DNA of 64,000 nucleotides from Nocardioidaceae bacterium (GCA_035634095.1 DASQDP010000049.1:1711-65710), one strand, 5' to 3'. Counted from the stretch's first letter, positions 40,208 through 50,702 are shown. Notes: generated by a model from the sequence alone, not told the origin. Translations and numbers: made by a program.

Positions 40208-42940
40208 ATGCTCCCCGTCGCGCGGCACGCTGCCCGGCCCCGTCCGGCCGAACTGGTAGTCGCTGTCATCGCCCTGGTGTGGTCCGGGGTGCTGCTGCAC
40301 CTGCGGGACGAGCCGCTGATCGCGCAGACCTTGTCCAACGTGGGTCTGTGGGCGATCTCCCAGGCCGCCGGCGTGGGCGCGTTCCGGCGGAGCGCTCGAC
40401 ACGAAGGGATGGACCGGCGGTTCTGGGTGCTCATCGGTGCGGCCATGACCTCGTGGGCCATGGGGCAGCTGGTCTGGACGTGGTACGAGTCGGTTCTCAG
40501 CCGTGAGGTGCCGTTCCCGTCGCCGTCTGACCTTGGCTATCTGGGCCTCGCGCCCCTGGCGGCTGCCGCCATGCTCGTGCTGCCGATGGCGGCTCAGTCG
40601 GCGGCGGGCAAGCTTCGCACGATCTTCGACGGACTCATGGTCGCCACGTCGCTTCTCCTGTGCAGCTGGGTGCTCGTGCTCCAGCACGTGTTTCGCGCTG
40701 GGGTGGACAGCTTGGTGAACACAACCATCTCGCTGGCCTACCCGGTCGGGGACGTGGTGCTGATGACTATGGTGGTGACGACGTGGCTGCGCGCTCGGCG
40801 CACCGACCGCCGGCTGCCCGTCTCCCTGCCCTTCCTGGCGACCGGTCTGCTCGCTTTCGCAGCGGCGGACTCCGGCTTCACCTACGAGACGACGCTGGGC
40901 AGCTACAACTCGGGCAGCATCATCGACCTCGGCTGGTTCGCTGGCTTCTCCCTCATTCTGGTCTCAGCGTTGCGCGATGAACCGGGCGACGACGCAGCCG
41001 AGGCTGACGAGGAGGTGCAGAGCCTTCCCCTGGGCAGCTGGCTGCCGTACGCCGCTGTCCTTGCCGCCCTGCTGACTTCGGTCGCCGAGGTGGTGCGCAC
41101 CGGTCACTCCGACCTCGTGCTCATGTGGCTGCGCACCGCCATCATCGTCTTGCTCGTCGGGCGACAGGTTCTCACCTTGCTGGAGAACCAGGCCCTCACG
41201 CGCACCCTCGAGGACCGGGTCCGTGCCCGTACCTCCGAGCTGGCCACCAGCCGCGAGCGCTTTCTCGCCCTCGTCCAGCACAGCTCGGACATCGTGACGC
41301 TGGTCGACCGCCAAGGACTCATCTGCTACCAGAGCGCGTCCATCGTGCGAATACTCGGCTACGACGCCCTCGACATGCAGGGCAAGCCGTTGAGCTGCCT
41401 CATGGATGCCAAGGAGGCTGCCTTCCTCGAGCAGGCGCTGGAGCATGCTGCCGCCGAGGACATGCGCATGCACACGGTGACGAGCACCTGGAGGCATGCG
41501 GACGGCCGGGACTGCCGCGTCGAGATCACCATCACCAACCTGCTGTCGAATCCCCACCTCAGCGGACTGGTGCTCAACACGCGCGACGTCACCGACCGGG
41601 TGCAGCTGGAGCAACAGCTCACCGGGATGGCGTTCTCCGACTCACTGACCGGCCTGCCGAACCGGGCACTGTTCAGAGACCGCCTGCAGCATGCACTGAC
41701 ACGCCGCGGCACGGACGACCGCGGCGTCGCGGTGCTTTTTCTCGACCTCGACGGGTTCAAGTCCATCAACGACACGCTCGGACACAGCGCCGGCGACGAG
41801 CTCCTGGTGGCTGTCGCGGAGCGGCTTCGCGCGGTCGTGCGTAGCGGCGACACAGTGGCACGGTTCGGCGGAGACGAGTTCGCGGTCCTGCTCGAGGGCG
41901 CCACCGCTGAGGAGGAGATCGTGCTCGCCGAGCGCGTCAACCAGGCTGTCCAGGAGCCGGTGGAGCTGCAGGGCGAGCGAGTTCACATCGCGGCGAGCGT
42001 CGGCATCGCCCGCATGGACGAGCATTCCGCGAGCGCGGAGCAGGTGCTGCGCAACGCCGACCTGGCGATGTACCAGGCGAAGGCTGCCGGCGCCGGCGGG
42101 TACTCCGTCTTCCATCCCGACATGCACGCGGGTCTCGTGGAGCGCGTTCGACTGGAGAGCGACCTGCGCACGGCCGTCGACGACAACGAGATCGTCGTTC
42201 ACTACCAGCCGATGATCTCCCTGCGAACCGGCAGGATCTCCGGTACCGAGGCTCTTGTCCGCTGGCAGCACCCCGAGCGGGGCCTCGTCTCTCCCGAGAG
42301 CTTCATAGCGATCGCGGAGGCGAGCGGACTCATCCGCGACATCGGCCTGTTCGTGCTCCGAGAAGCCTGCGCACAGACGATGCGCTGGCAGGCCGCGTAC
42401 TCGATGCCCGGCCCGCTCAAGGTCTCCGTCAACGTCTCTCCCCGGCAGCTCCTGCAGGAGGAATTCCCGGACCAGGTCCGCCACGTGCTCGAAGACACCG
42501 GCTTGCCTCCCGCACAGCTGACGCTGGAGATGACCGAGAGTGTGCTCATCGACAACGGCGACGAGACGTTGCGGTCGCTCACCCGGCTGCGCGACCTGGG
42601 TGTACGTCTCGCACTCGACGACTTCGGCACGGGATACTCCTCCCTGAGCTACCTCCACCGCTTCCCTGTCGACGTGTTGAAGGTCGACCGAAGCTTCATC
42701 GAGCGGCTCTCGAACGGTGGTGACGCCGCGCTCGTCAACACCATCCTGCGGCTGGGTCACACGCTGCAGCTCGAGACGGTCGCGGAGGGGATCGAGCGGC
42801 CACAAGAAGTGCTGAGCCTGCGCCGCCTCGGCTGCACCACCGGGCAGGGCTTCTACTTCTCACCGCCGCTCGAGGCGGACGCCTTGGCCGACATGCTGGA
42901 CGAGTCGCAGCCCGCACAGGACGAAGCGACGCCCGCCTGA
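40208..42940 (+). CDS. Membrane-anchored PAS-GGDEF-EAL c-di-GMP enzyme
   Basis: Multi-TM N-terminus, PAS, RSGD I-site plus FGGDEF, EAL, LDDFGTGYSSLSYL. Confidence 0.94.
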   Translation: MLPVARHAARPRPAELVVAVIALVWSGVLLHLRDEPLIAQTLSNVGLWAISQAAGVGAFRRSARHEGMDRRFWVLIGAAMTSWAMGQLVWTWYESVLSREVPFPSPSDLGYLGLAPLAAAAMLVLPMAAQSAAGKLRTIFDGLMVATSLLLCSWVLVLQHVFRAGVDSLVNTTISLAYPVGDVVLMTMVVTTWLRARRTDRRLPVSLPFLATGLLAFAAADSGFTYETTLGSYNSGSIIDLGWFAGFSLILVSALRDEPGDDAAEADEEVQSLPLGSWLPYAAVLAALLTSVAEVVRTGHSDLVLMWLRTAIIVLLVGRQVLTLLENQALTRTLEDRVRARTSELATSRERFLALVQHSSDIVTLVDRQGLICYQSASIVRILGYDALDMQGKPLSCLMDAKEAAFLEQALEHAAAEDMRMHTVTSTWRHADGRDCRVEITITNLLSNPHLSGLVLNTRDVTDRVQLEQQLTGMAFSDSLTGLPNRALFRDRLQHALTRRGTDDRGVAVLFLDLDGFKSINDTLGHSAGDELLVAVAERLRAVVRSGDTVARFGGDEFAVLLEGATAEEEIVLAERVNQAVQEPVELQGERVHIAASVGIARMDEHSASAEQVLRNADLAMYQAKAAGAGGYSVFHPDMHAGLVERVRLESDLRTAVDDNEIVVHYQPMISLRTGRISGTEALVRWQHPERGLVSPESFIAIAEASGLIRDIGLFVLREACAQTMRWQAAYSMPGPLKVSVNVSPRQLLQEEFPDQVRHVLEDTGLPPAQLTLEMTESVLIDNGDETLRSLTRLRDLGVRLALDDFGTGYSSLSYLHRFPVDVLKVDRSFIERLSNGGDAALVNTILRLGHTLQLETVAEGIERPQEVLSLRRLGCTTGQGFYFSPPLEADALADMLDESQPAQDEATPA

Positions 42941-43203
42941 GCTGCTCGCGACGGTCCAGGGTCGTGGTGGGGTCGTGCCTCTCGTGTCGGGTTCGTCGAC
43001 CTCGGCCTCGGCTGGCACGGGGGCAGTGGTCGCCGCAGCCGGGTGGCTCGACGAACGGCCTCTCCAGGGTCACCGATACCGCCGTGGAGCGTGTAGGTTG
43101 GGCCCGTTGCCGGTCAAGCAGTGGCCGAGCAGCGCCGTGGTGGACGCGGAACTCCACCATCCTGCCCTGCCCCGACGGGGTCGGGGCGTGGGGAGCAGCA
43201 CCG

Positions 43204-43935
43204 ATGGTTCAGGACCTGCCGCTGGCCGATGAGCTGGCAGCGGTGTATGCGCGGATGTCTGGCGTGCTGCTGTCGCAGGAGACAGTCACCACTGCGCTGC
43301 AGCTGGTGACCGCGCTGGCCCTGGAGACGGTGCCGGGCAGCGTGGGTGCGGGAGTGACGCTGATCGAGGGCGGCCGGCGCACCAGCGCGGCCGCGACCGA
43401 CGCTCTGGTGGAGCAGGCCGACGCGCTGCAGTACGAGCTGGACGAGGGACCGTGTCTGAGCGCGTGGGCGGAGCGCGCCGTGGTCCGCGTCGAGGACACC
43501 GCCGTCGAGGCGAGGTGGTCGCGCTGGTGCGGTGCGGTGCAGCCGCTGGGGCTGCGCTCGGCGCTGAGTGCGGCCATGGTCGCGGGGGACACAGCGCTCG
43601 GGGCGATCAAGGTGTACGCCCGGGAGCCAGGCGCCTACGGCGACCGGTCGGAGCACCTGCTGACCTTGTTCGCCGCGCAGGCCGCGATCCTGCTGTCCAA
43701 CATGCAGACTCATGAGCGGGCACAGCAGCTCAGCGACGGGCTCAGGGACGCCTTGGCCAGCCGGGACGTGATCGGTCAGGCCAAGGGCATCTTGATGGCT
43801 CAGGACGGCATCGACGGCGACGCCGCCTTCGCGATGCTGGCCGCCGCCTCTCAGCGGGAGAACCGCAAGCTCCGCGACGTCGCCCAGGACATGGTCGAGT
43901 CGGTCGAGGTTCGCCGGCTGCGTCTGCGCCCATGA
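43204..43935 (+). CDS. GAF and ANTAR domain protein
   Basis: LQYELDEGPCLSA, GAIKVYA, SRDVIGQAKGILM..AFAML..SQRENRKLRDVA. Confidence 0.92.
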   Translation: MVQDLPLADELAAVYARMSGVLLSQETVTTALQLVTALALETVPGSVGAGVTLIEGGRRTSAAATDALVEQADALQYELDEGPCLSAWAERAVVRVEDTAVEARWSRWCGAVQPLGLRSALSAAMVAGDTALGAIKVYAREPGAYGDRSEHLLTLFAAQAAILLSNMQTHERAQQLSDGLRDALASRDVIGQAKGILMAQDGIDGDAAFAMLAAASQRENRKLRDVAQDMVESVEVRRLRLRP

Positions 43936-45449
43936 CAGGCGGCGCCTCCGAACAGGAGCAGCGCCAGGGGATCGCCGACGCGTTGACGGGCGCGGAGCTG
44001 ACGCACGAAGAGCTGTGGCTGCGCTACTTCGGGCTCGGTGGCACCGCCGGGCTGATGGAGCTCGAGGCCTACGTGCACGACCTGATGCCCCTACCTGCCG
44101 GGGAGAGGGACATGCTCGCCCATGCCGTGAACGAGCGGCTCACCGAGCTCGCCGGCCCCGGTCCCGCGCCGTACAGCCGCCCCCTGCGGGAGGCCCCCCC
44201 GGCGGATGGTCCGCTGCCTGCACTCGTCGGCCTCCTCAAGGGCGCCCGCCTCGCCCCGCCAGAGGACCTGCCGGTGCTCGCAGCGGCCGCCGGCCGGACG
44301 CTGGACACGCAGATCGTGGTCTACCTGGTGGACTACGCCCAGCGTGAGCTGACCCCGCTGCCGCATCCGGACCTGCCTGGTGAGGGGCAGCGGTTGGATG
44401 TGGACAGCAGCCTGGCCGGTCGCGCGTTCCGCCGCACCGAGGTCGTGGCCAGCAGTGCTGATGGGACGCCGCGGCTGTGGGTGCCGCTGCTCGACGGCGC
44501 GGAACGCCTCGGCGTGCTCGAGGTGGCGCTCGGCGATGTGGCCGACCTCTACGACCTCATGTTGCGCGAGCAGCTGACGTGGGTGGGCGCTCAGCTCGGG
44601 CACCTGCTGACGGCTCTGAGCGGGTACGGCGACAGCCTTCATGCCCCGAGGCTGAGCCGAGTGCGGACCCCGGCCGCGGAGCTGATCTGGTCGCTGCTGC
44701 CCCCGCTCGCCGCCGGCACCGCCGGCTTCAGCGTCGCAGGGCTGGTGGAACCCAGCTCGGAGGTCGGCGGGGACGCGTTCGACTATGCACTGGCTGCCAC
44801 CAGCGTCTCACTGGCGATCCTCGACGGAATGGGGCATGGCCTCGCCGCCGGGCTGATGGCTTCCGCGGCACTGGTCGCCTCCCGCGCCGTCCGCCGTGAC
44901 GGCGGCAGCGTCGACGAGCAGGCACGCGCGATCGACGACGCCCTCGCCGAGCAGTACCCCGACGCGCTGGTCACCGGCGTGCTCGCTGAGCTCGACCTCA
45001 CCACCGGCCAGCTGCGCTATGTCGCCGCCGGCCACCCCCACCCACTGCTGCTGCGGCGCGGACAGGTCGTCAAAGCCCTCGAGGGTGGGCGCCGCACCCC
45101 CTTCGGTGTCGACGGTCGCCAGTTCTCCGTTGGTGAGGAACACCTCGAGCGCGGCGACGTGCTGATGCTGTACACCGACGGCGTGACCGAAGCCCGTGAC
45201 GCCGACGGTGGCCTCTTCGGGGAGCAACGCCTCATCGACTTCCTGGAACGCGAGGCCGCCTCCGGCCACCCTCCCTCTGAAAGCGTTCGACGCCTCATGC
45301 ACGCGGTGCTCAGCCACCAGGACGGGATTCTCCGGGACGACGCGACCGTCCTGCTCGCGCGCTGGGACGCCACCAACGGTCACCGGCTCGAACGGGAAGC
45401 CGCCACCTCGCCCATTGAGGCTGCGGCCGTGAGGGAGCAAGGCAGATGA
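43932..45449 (+). CDS. PP2C/SpoIIE serine phosphatase with GAF-like region and unknown N-terminal domain
   Basis: VGGDAFDY, ILDGMGHG, LYTDGVTEA, DDATV metal ligands intact. Confidence 0.9.
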   Translation: MTGGASEQEQRQGIADALTGAELTHEELWLRYFGLGGTAGLMELEAYVHDLMPLPAGERDMLAHAVNERLTELAGPGPAPYSRPLREAPPADGPLPALVGLLKGARLAPPEDLPVLAAAAGRTLDTQIVVYLVDYAQRELTPLPHPDLPGEGQRLDVDSSLAGRAFRRTEVVASSADGTPRLWVPLLDGAERLGVLEVALGDVADLYDLMLREQLTWVGAQLGHLLTALSGYGDSLHAPRLSRVRTPAAELIWSLLPPLAAGTAGFSVAGLVEPSSEVGGDAFDYALAATSVSLAILDGMGHGLAAGLMASAALVASRAVRRDGGSVDEQARAIDDALAEQYPDALVTGVLAELDLTTGQLRYVAAGHPHPLLLRRGQVVKALEGGRRTPFGVDGRQFSVGEEHLERGDVLMLYTDGVTEARDADGGLFGEQRLIDFLEREAASGHPPSESVRRLMHAVLSHQDGILRDDATVLLARWDATNGHRLEREAATSPIEAAAVREQGR

Positions 45450-46204
45450 ACAAGGTCTCCACCGTCCGGCTCGCGGAGATCTTCGTCGAGGTCGCGGACA
45501 CGCTGGTGGACGAGTTCGACCTTGTCGAGTTCCTGCAGCTGATCACGGCCGACACCGCCGAGGTGGCCGACGCGACAGCAGTGGGCCTGATGCTCGCCGA
45601 CCCGCGAGGGCGGCTGCAGCTGATGGTCGCCTCCGATGAGCGCGCCGAGATGCTGGAGCTCTTCCAGGTGCAGCGCGACGAGGGCCCCTGCCTGGACTGC
45701 TTCCGAACTGGTGCCGCGGTCGTCGCCGTCGACCTCGCGCAGGCCGACCACCGCTGGCCGGCGTTCGCCCCGCAGGCGACGGAGGCCGGGTTCCGGTCGG
45801 TGCACGCGTTCCCGCTGCGACTGCGGCGCGAAGTCATCGGCGCGCTCAACGTCTTCCGTGACGAGCCCGGAGACCTGCGGACAGACGACGCCCGAGTAGT
45901 CCAGGGACTGGCAGACGTCGCCACCATCGGCCTGCTGCAGGAGCGGGCCTTAAAACGCCGGACAGAGCTGGCCGAGCAGCTGCAAGCGGCCCTCAACAGC
46001 CGAGTCGCCATCGAACAAGCCAAAGGGGCACTCGCTCTGATCCACGGCACCACCCCTGACGAAGCGTTCCTGCTCCTGCGCAGCTACAGCCGCATGCGAC
46101 GACTCAAGCTCGTGGAGGTCGCCCAGACCGTCGTCACCGACCCCCAGGCGTACCCGAGCCTCACCGACCCGTCCCTTGCTCAATCCGACCGCGACACGCC
46201 ATGA
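45446..46204 (+). CDS. GAF and ANTAR domain protein
   Basis: VADTLVDEFDLVEFL, EGPCLDCF, GALNVF, SRVAIEQAKG. Confidence 0.92.
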   Translation: MNKVSTVRLAEIFVEVADTLVDEFDLVEFLQLITADTAEVADATAVGLMLADPRGRLQLMVASDERAEMLELFQVQRDEGPCLDCFRTGAAVVAVDLAQADHRWPAFAPQATEAGFRSVHAFPLRLRREVIGALNVFRDEPGDLRTDDARVVQGLADVATIGLLQERALKRRTELAEQLQAALNSRVAIEQAKGALALIHGTTPDEAFLLLRSYSRMRRLKLVEVAQTVVTDPQAYPSLTDPSLAQSDRDTP

Positions 46205-46339
46205 AGGACGGGCCGGTCTGATCGACGCACGGTTGAGGAAGGGACGTCACGGCGTCGATGCGCGTGCGGTGAGAAGTCGAGCAGGGGTTTGCGGCCTGAC
46301 GGACGGCTGTGGCCGGCTGGCGATGAGACGGGCGACCTC

Positions 46340-47674
46340 CTAGCCCTCTGTGCTCCCGGGTCGACCTCGTTCCTGGTAGACGTCGGGGATTCCGTCGGCG
46401 TCGGAGTCGACTGCTTCGTCGGCTGCCATGCGCTCGTAGGCGCGGTCTCGGGTCTTCACCAGGGCCGCGGCGAGCAGCCCTGCGGCGAGGGAGCCGGTCA
46501 GGATGCCGACCTTGACGTGGTCGTCGGCGGCGCTGCCGGCGCCGAAGGCGAGGTCGCCGATGAGCAGCGAGACGGTGAATCCGATACCGCCCAGCAGGGA
46601 GACGCCGAGCACGTCCAGCCAGGTCAGCTCGTCGTCGAGGGTGGCGTGGGTGAATCGGGCGGTGAGCCAGGCGGTGCCGAGGATGCCGATCGGCTTGCCG
46701 AGCACGAGCCCGGCGATGATGCCCAGAGCGATCGGGTCGGTGAGGGACTCGGTGAGCCCGGTGAGGCCGCCGATCTCGACGCCGGCGGCGAAGAAGGCGA
46801 AGATCGGGACCGCGATGCCGGCGGAGATGGGTCGGATGCGGTGCTCGAAGTGTTCGGCGAGTCCAGGGCCGGCGTCCGGGCCGCCCGCGGCCGCGGAACG
46901 GATGACCGGGACGGTGAAGCCCAGCAGGACACCGGCCACGGTGGCGTGGACGCCGGACTCGTGAACCAGCACCCAGGTGGCCGCCGCGAGCGGGAGGAGC
47001 AGCCACCAGGATCGGATCCGGCGTTGCACGGCCAGCGCGAACAGGGCCAGAGGAACGAGGGCACCGGCGAGCGGCAGCAGGTGCAGGTCGTCGGTGTAGA
47101 AGACCGCGATGATGGTGACCGCCACCAGGTCGTCGACCACAGCGAGGGTGAGCAGGAAGGTGCGCAGCCCTGTGGGCAGGTGGGTGCTGATGATCGCCAG
47201 GATGGCGAGGGCGAACGCGATGTCGGTCGCGGTCGGGATGGCCCACCCGTTGAGGGCCCCGCCGCCGGTCTGGAGCGTCACCAGCACGTAGATGCCCGCC
47301 GGCGCCGCCACCCCGCCGAGCGCGGCCAGGATGGGGAGCGCTGCCCGCGACGGGTCGCGGAGGTCTCCGGCAACGAACTCCCGCTTGAGCTCGAGCCCGA
47401 CGACGAAGAAGAAGACCGCCAGCAGCCCGTCGGCGGCCCAGGTGCCGAGCGACAGGTCCAGGTGGAGCGACTCCGGGCCGAGGGTGTGATCGCGCAGCGT
47501 CGTGTAGGACTCACTGGCTGGCGAGTTGATCCATATCAGCGCGACGAGGGTGCCGAGGAGCAGAAGCGCGCCGCCGACAGTTTCCTTGCGCAGGATCTCG
47601 GTGACCCGGGCCGACTCGGCGAACGAGCCACGGGCGAGCACGCGGTTGTGGCCACGGGGTCGGGAGTGGGACAC
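46340..47674 (-). CDS. nhaA: Na+/H+ antiporter NhaA
   Basis: [46 protein letters not shown]. Confidence 0.95.
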   Translation of the reverse strand: MSHSRPRGHNRVLARGSFAESARVTEILRKETVGGALLLLGTLVALIWINSPASESYTTLRDHTLGPESLHLDLSLGTWAADGLLAVFFFVVGLELKREFVAGDLRDPSRAALPILAALGGVAAPAGIYVLVTLQTGGGALNGWAIPTATDIAFALAILAIISTHLPTGLRTFLLTLAVVDDLVAVTIIAVFYTDDLHLLPLAGALVPLALFALAVQRRIRSWWLLLPLAAATWVLVHESGVHATVAGVLLGFTVPVIRSAAAGGPDAGPGLAEHFEHRIRPISAGIAVPIFAFFAAGVEIGGLTGLTESLTDPIALGIIAGLVLGKPIGILGTAWLTARFTHATLDDELTWLDVLGVSLLGGIGFTVSLLIGDLAFGAGSAADDHVKVGILTGSLAAGLLAAALVKTRDRAYERMAADEAVDSDADGIPDVYQERGRPGSTEG

Positions 47675-47702
47675 GGTGGCTCCTTCGAGGGGGTCGGTCC
47701 TG

Positions 47703-49232
47703 TCAGTGGGAGGGCAGCTCGCCGGTGAGCCGTTCATGCCGTTCGGCGCTGGCGTCGTCGAGGCCGACGATCTCAACGAGCTTGTGCTTGCGGGCGTACT
47801 TGGTGGTGATGGCGTCCAGGGCGGCGACCGTGGAGGCGTCCCAGATGTGGGAGTCGGACAGGTCGATGACGACTCGGTCGGGGTCGGCTGAGTAGTGGAA
47901 CTGGGTGTAGAGGTCGTTGCTCGAGGCGAAGAACAGCTCGCCGGTGACCCGGTAGACGGCCGTGACGCTGCCGTCGGTGCTCTCGACGAGCTCCCTGTGG
48001 GTCTCCGTCATGTGCGCGACCCGGCGAGCGAACAGGGTCATCGCGACCAGGACGCCGACGATGACGCCGATGGCGAGGTTGTGGGTGGTGACCGTGGTGA
48101 CGACGGTGGCGAGCATCACGGTCGTCTCCGACTTCGGCATCCGACGCAGGGTGGCGGGCTGGAGGCTGTGCCAGTCGAAGGTGCCGACCGAAACCATGAT
48201 CATCACCGCGACCAGCGCGGCCATGGGGATGATGGCGACCACGTCACCGGCCCCGACGACGAGCATGAGCAGGAAGACCCCGGCCAGGAACGTCGAGATC
48301 CGGGTCCGCGCTTCAGAGACTTTCACGTTGATGATGGTCTGACCGATCATCGCGCAGCCGCCCATCCCACCGAAGAACCCAGTGATGACGTTCGAGGCAC
48401 CCTGACCCCACGCCTCACGGGTCTTGTGAGAGCGGGTGTCGGTGATGTCGTCGACGAGCTTGGCCGTGAGCAGCGACTCCAGCAGTCCGACCAGCGCCAT
48501 GGCTATCGCGTAGGGGGCGATGACCTCAAGCGTCCCGAGTGTGAGCGGCACGTTCGGGACGAACAGCTCCGGAAGGCTGTCGGGCAGCGCACCCTCGTCG
48601 CCGACGTTGCGAACGGTGAGCGCGGCCAGCACCGTGAACGCGGTGAGTGCCACGATCGCGACCAGCGGCGCGGGGATCGCCGAGGTGACCCTCGGGAGGC
48701 CGGCCATCACGGCGAGACCGACCGCGACCATCGGGTAGACGGCGAACGGGACGTCGACCAGATACGGGACCTGCGCCAGGAAGATGAGGATCGCCAGGGC
48801 GTTGACGAACCCGACCATCACCGAGCGGGGGACCAACCGCATCAGCCGGGCGACCCCGGCAAGACCGAGCACGACCTGGATGAGACCACCGAGCATGACG
48901 GTGGCGATGAGGTAGTCGTAGCCGTACTCGCGCATCACCGGAGCGATGACCAACGCGATCGCGCCGGTCGCGGCGGAGATCATCGCTGGGCGGCCGCCGA
49001 GGAACGCGATGGAGACCGCCATCGTGAAGGACGCGAACAGCCCGACCCGGGGGTCCACGCCCGCGATGATGGAGAACGAGATCGCTTCCGGGATGAGGGC
49101 CAGCGCGACCACGAGTCCCGCCAGGCCCTCCGTGCGCAGCAGCCTCGGCGACCGCAGCGCATTGCGTACGGTCGGTTCCGTCGAGGTGGTGTGGTCTGGG
49201 GCGGCCGACGTCGTCGGCGAAGGGCTGCTCAC
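47703..49232 (-). CDS. SulP family anion transporter with STAS domain
   Basis: [47 protein letters not shown]; start approximate. Confidence 0.92.
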   Translation of the reverse strand: MSSPSPTTSAAPDHTTSTEPTVRNALRSPRLLRTEGLAGLVVALALIPEAISFSIIAGVDPRVGLFASFTMAVSIAFLGGRPAMISAATGAIALVIAPVMREYGYDYLIATVMLGGLIQVVLGLAGVARLMRLVPRSVMVGFVNALAILIFLAQVPYLVDVPFAVYPMVAVGLAVMAGLPRVTSAIPAPLVAIVALTAFTVLAALTVRNVGDEGALPDSLPELFVPNVPLTLGTLEVIAPYAIAMALVGLLESLLTAKLVDDITDTRSHKTREAWGQGASNVITGFFGGMGGCAMIGQTIINVKVSEARTRISTFLAGVFLLMLVVGAGDVVAIIPMAALVAVMIMVSVGTFDWHSLQPATLRRMPKSETTVMLATVVTTVTTHNLAIGVIVGVLVAMTLFARRVAHMTETHRELVESTDGSVTAVYRVTGELFFASSNDLYTQFHYSADPDRVVIDLSDSHIWDASTVAALDAITTKYARKHKLVEIVGLDDASAERHERLTGELPSH

Positions 49233-49369
49233 GGGTGCAGGCTCCGTTCGGGGCAGGCGTGGGGCTCGATCACCACGGGGACGCGTAACACGATCGACCT
49301 GGCTGCGGGGTGGACCGCCTTCCACGATGGGTGCGCGCTGGCGCTGCTTGCCAGCGAAGTCTGAGTACC

Positions 49370-49399
49370 ACTGTACCCTCACATCGCGTTAGAGTTGAA
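49370..49399. promoter_or_regulatory. Probable MerR-type operator/promoter for sulP
   Basis: Imperfect dyad CCCTCACATCGCGTTAGAG next to a minus-strand TACAGT -10. Confidence 0.5.
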
Positions 49400-49436
49400 G
49401 TCCGGCCGATGCGAGAGGGCAAGCGTGAGGAGCGAG

Positions 49437-49844
49437 ATGACGCCCGAGCCCGCACCCGTGGTGGTCCCGGTCATGCACATCGGGGAGGTCGCCGCGCGCA
49501 CCGAGTTGTCGCTGCGCACTTTGAGGCACTGGGACGACGTCGGACTGCTCAAGCCGTCCGGTCGCACCGCCGGTGGGTTCCGCCTCTACACGGAAGCGGA
49601 CGTGGCAAGGATTCTGCTCATCCGCCGCATGAAGCCGCTCGGATTCACCCTCGAGGAGATGAGTGCGGCGATGCGCGACATCGAGACGCTCCAGCGGCCG
49701 ACCGCCACGCATGCGGAGAGGACGGCAGCGCAAGAGCGGCTCGCGGGGATCCTCCGGGACGCCGGAGAGCGGCGGCTGAAGCTGATGCGCCAACTGGCGA
49801 TGGCTGACGAGTTCATCGAGCTGCTAGGCCGGAGAGTCACCTGA
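49437..49844 (+). CDS. MerR family regulator
   Basis: MHIGEVAARTELSLRTLRHWDDVGLLKPSGRTAGGFRLY; IRRMKPLGFTLEEM. Confidence 0.93.
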   Translation: MTPEPAPVVVPVMHIGEVAARTELSLRTLRHWDDVGLLKPSGRTAGGFRLYTEADVARILLIRRMKPLGFTLEEMSAAMRDIETLQRPTATHAERTAAQERLAGILRDAGERRLKLMRQLAMADEFIELLGRRVT

Positions 49845-49935
49845 AGGGGTCCTCCTGCGGCGTCAGGAGAGGAGTTCGCGTTGTCCGTGTTCCGCTGCCA
49901 GGCTGCTCTAGTGCGGTCTGCTGGGAACCAGCTTC

Positions 49936-50637
49936 TCAGATCGGCGGGCTCCGGGTGCCGGTGATCCTCACCGCCTGGACGACGTCATCCGCGTGGAGCT
50001 GGTGGGTGACTGCCTGGACGTAGTCAGTGGGCTTCCACCAGGACTGGTCGAGCACACCTGGCCACGTGGCCCGCACTTCGCGCCTCCATGCGTCGGGCCA
50101 CGAGCGCATCCTCCCGAGGCCGATGGGGAGACCGAGTGCCGTGAGCCGTTCGCGGAAGGCGTCCAGCAGCGGCTCGGTTCGTGCCCACCACTCATCGTCG
50201 TTCACGCCACGTCGGGGTGTCACGACGATGCTCTCGTTGAGTACGGAGTGCCACTCGTCGTAGTGGGACAGCACCACCCGCGAGCGGGGAAGCAGAAGCT
50301 CGAGCAGTACGTCACCGCGAGCATGCTGGGCGTTGCGGCACAGATCCGCTCGGGTCACTCGCGCCCACAGCCACAACAGGCTCGGACCATCAGTCGTGAG
50401 GCGGTCTCCCGCCACTTGTTCCATCCATTCATAGGAGCGCACGAAGTCCGACCCGCGGTGTTCGGGCAGCGGTACCAGCGAGCCGGTTGCGGCGAGTTGT
50501 CGATACGCATCTTCGGACTGGAACGTCCACAACCTCAGCGGATCGCTGCCGATGTCACCCAGCCACCGGCGACCCACTCGGTTGACAGCCCACCACGGCG
50601 GGCGGCGGGGCAGCGATGGGTAGCCCGGGAGAAGCAC
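49936..50637 (-). CDS. DUF3841-like protein
   Basis: LWTFQ, SYEWM, LWLWA, VLLELLLPRSRVVLSHYDEWHSVLN; family recognised by eye. Confidence 0.6.
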   Translation of the reverse strand: MLLPGYPSLPRRPPWWAVNRVGRRWLGDIGSDPLRLWTFQSEDAYRQLAATGSLVPLPEHRGSDFVRSYEWMEQVAGDRLTTDGPSLLWLWARVTRADLCRNAQHARGDVLLELLLPRSRVVLSHYDEWHSVLNESIVVTPRRGVNDDEWWARTEPLLDAFRERLTALGLPIGLGRMRSWPDAWRREVRATWPGVLDQSWWKPTDYVQAVTHQLHADDVVQAVRITGTRSPPI

Positions 50638-50702
50638 GATCTATTGTCGGGTGAGGCCCCGACGGCAACACGGTTCCGGCGTCCGCCCCATGGGGGAGAC
50701 GC

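Noticed and set aside
35800-46340. Canonical ANTAR dual-hexaloop RNA motifs in intergenic regions
   Set aside because: No pair of hexaloop hairpins with the conserved A1/G4 loop positions was found by eye; only the non-canonical pair at 43136-43187 is reported.
49852-49869. CTCCTG-cggcgt-CAGGAG hexaloop hairpin
   Set aside because: A single short stem between convergent genes; an ordinary terminator-like structure is the sufficient explanation.
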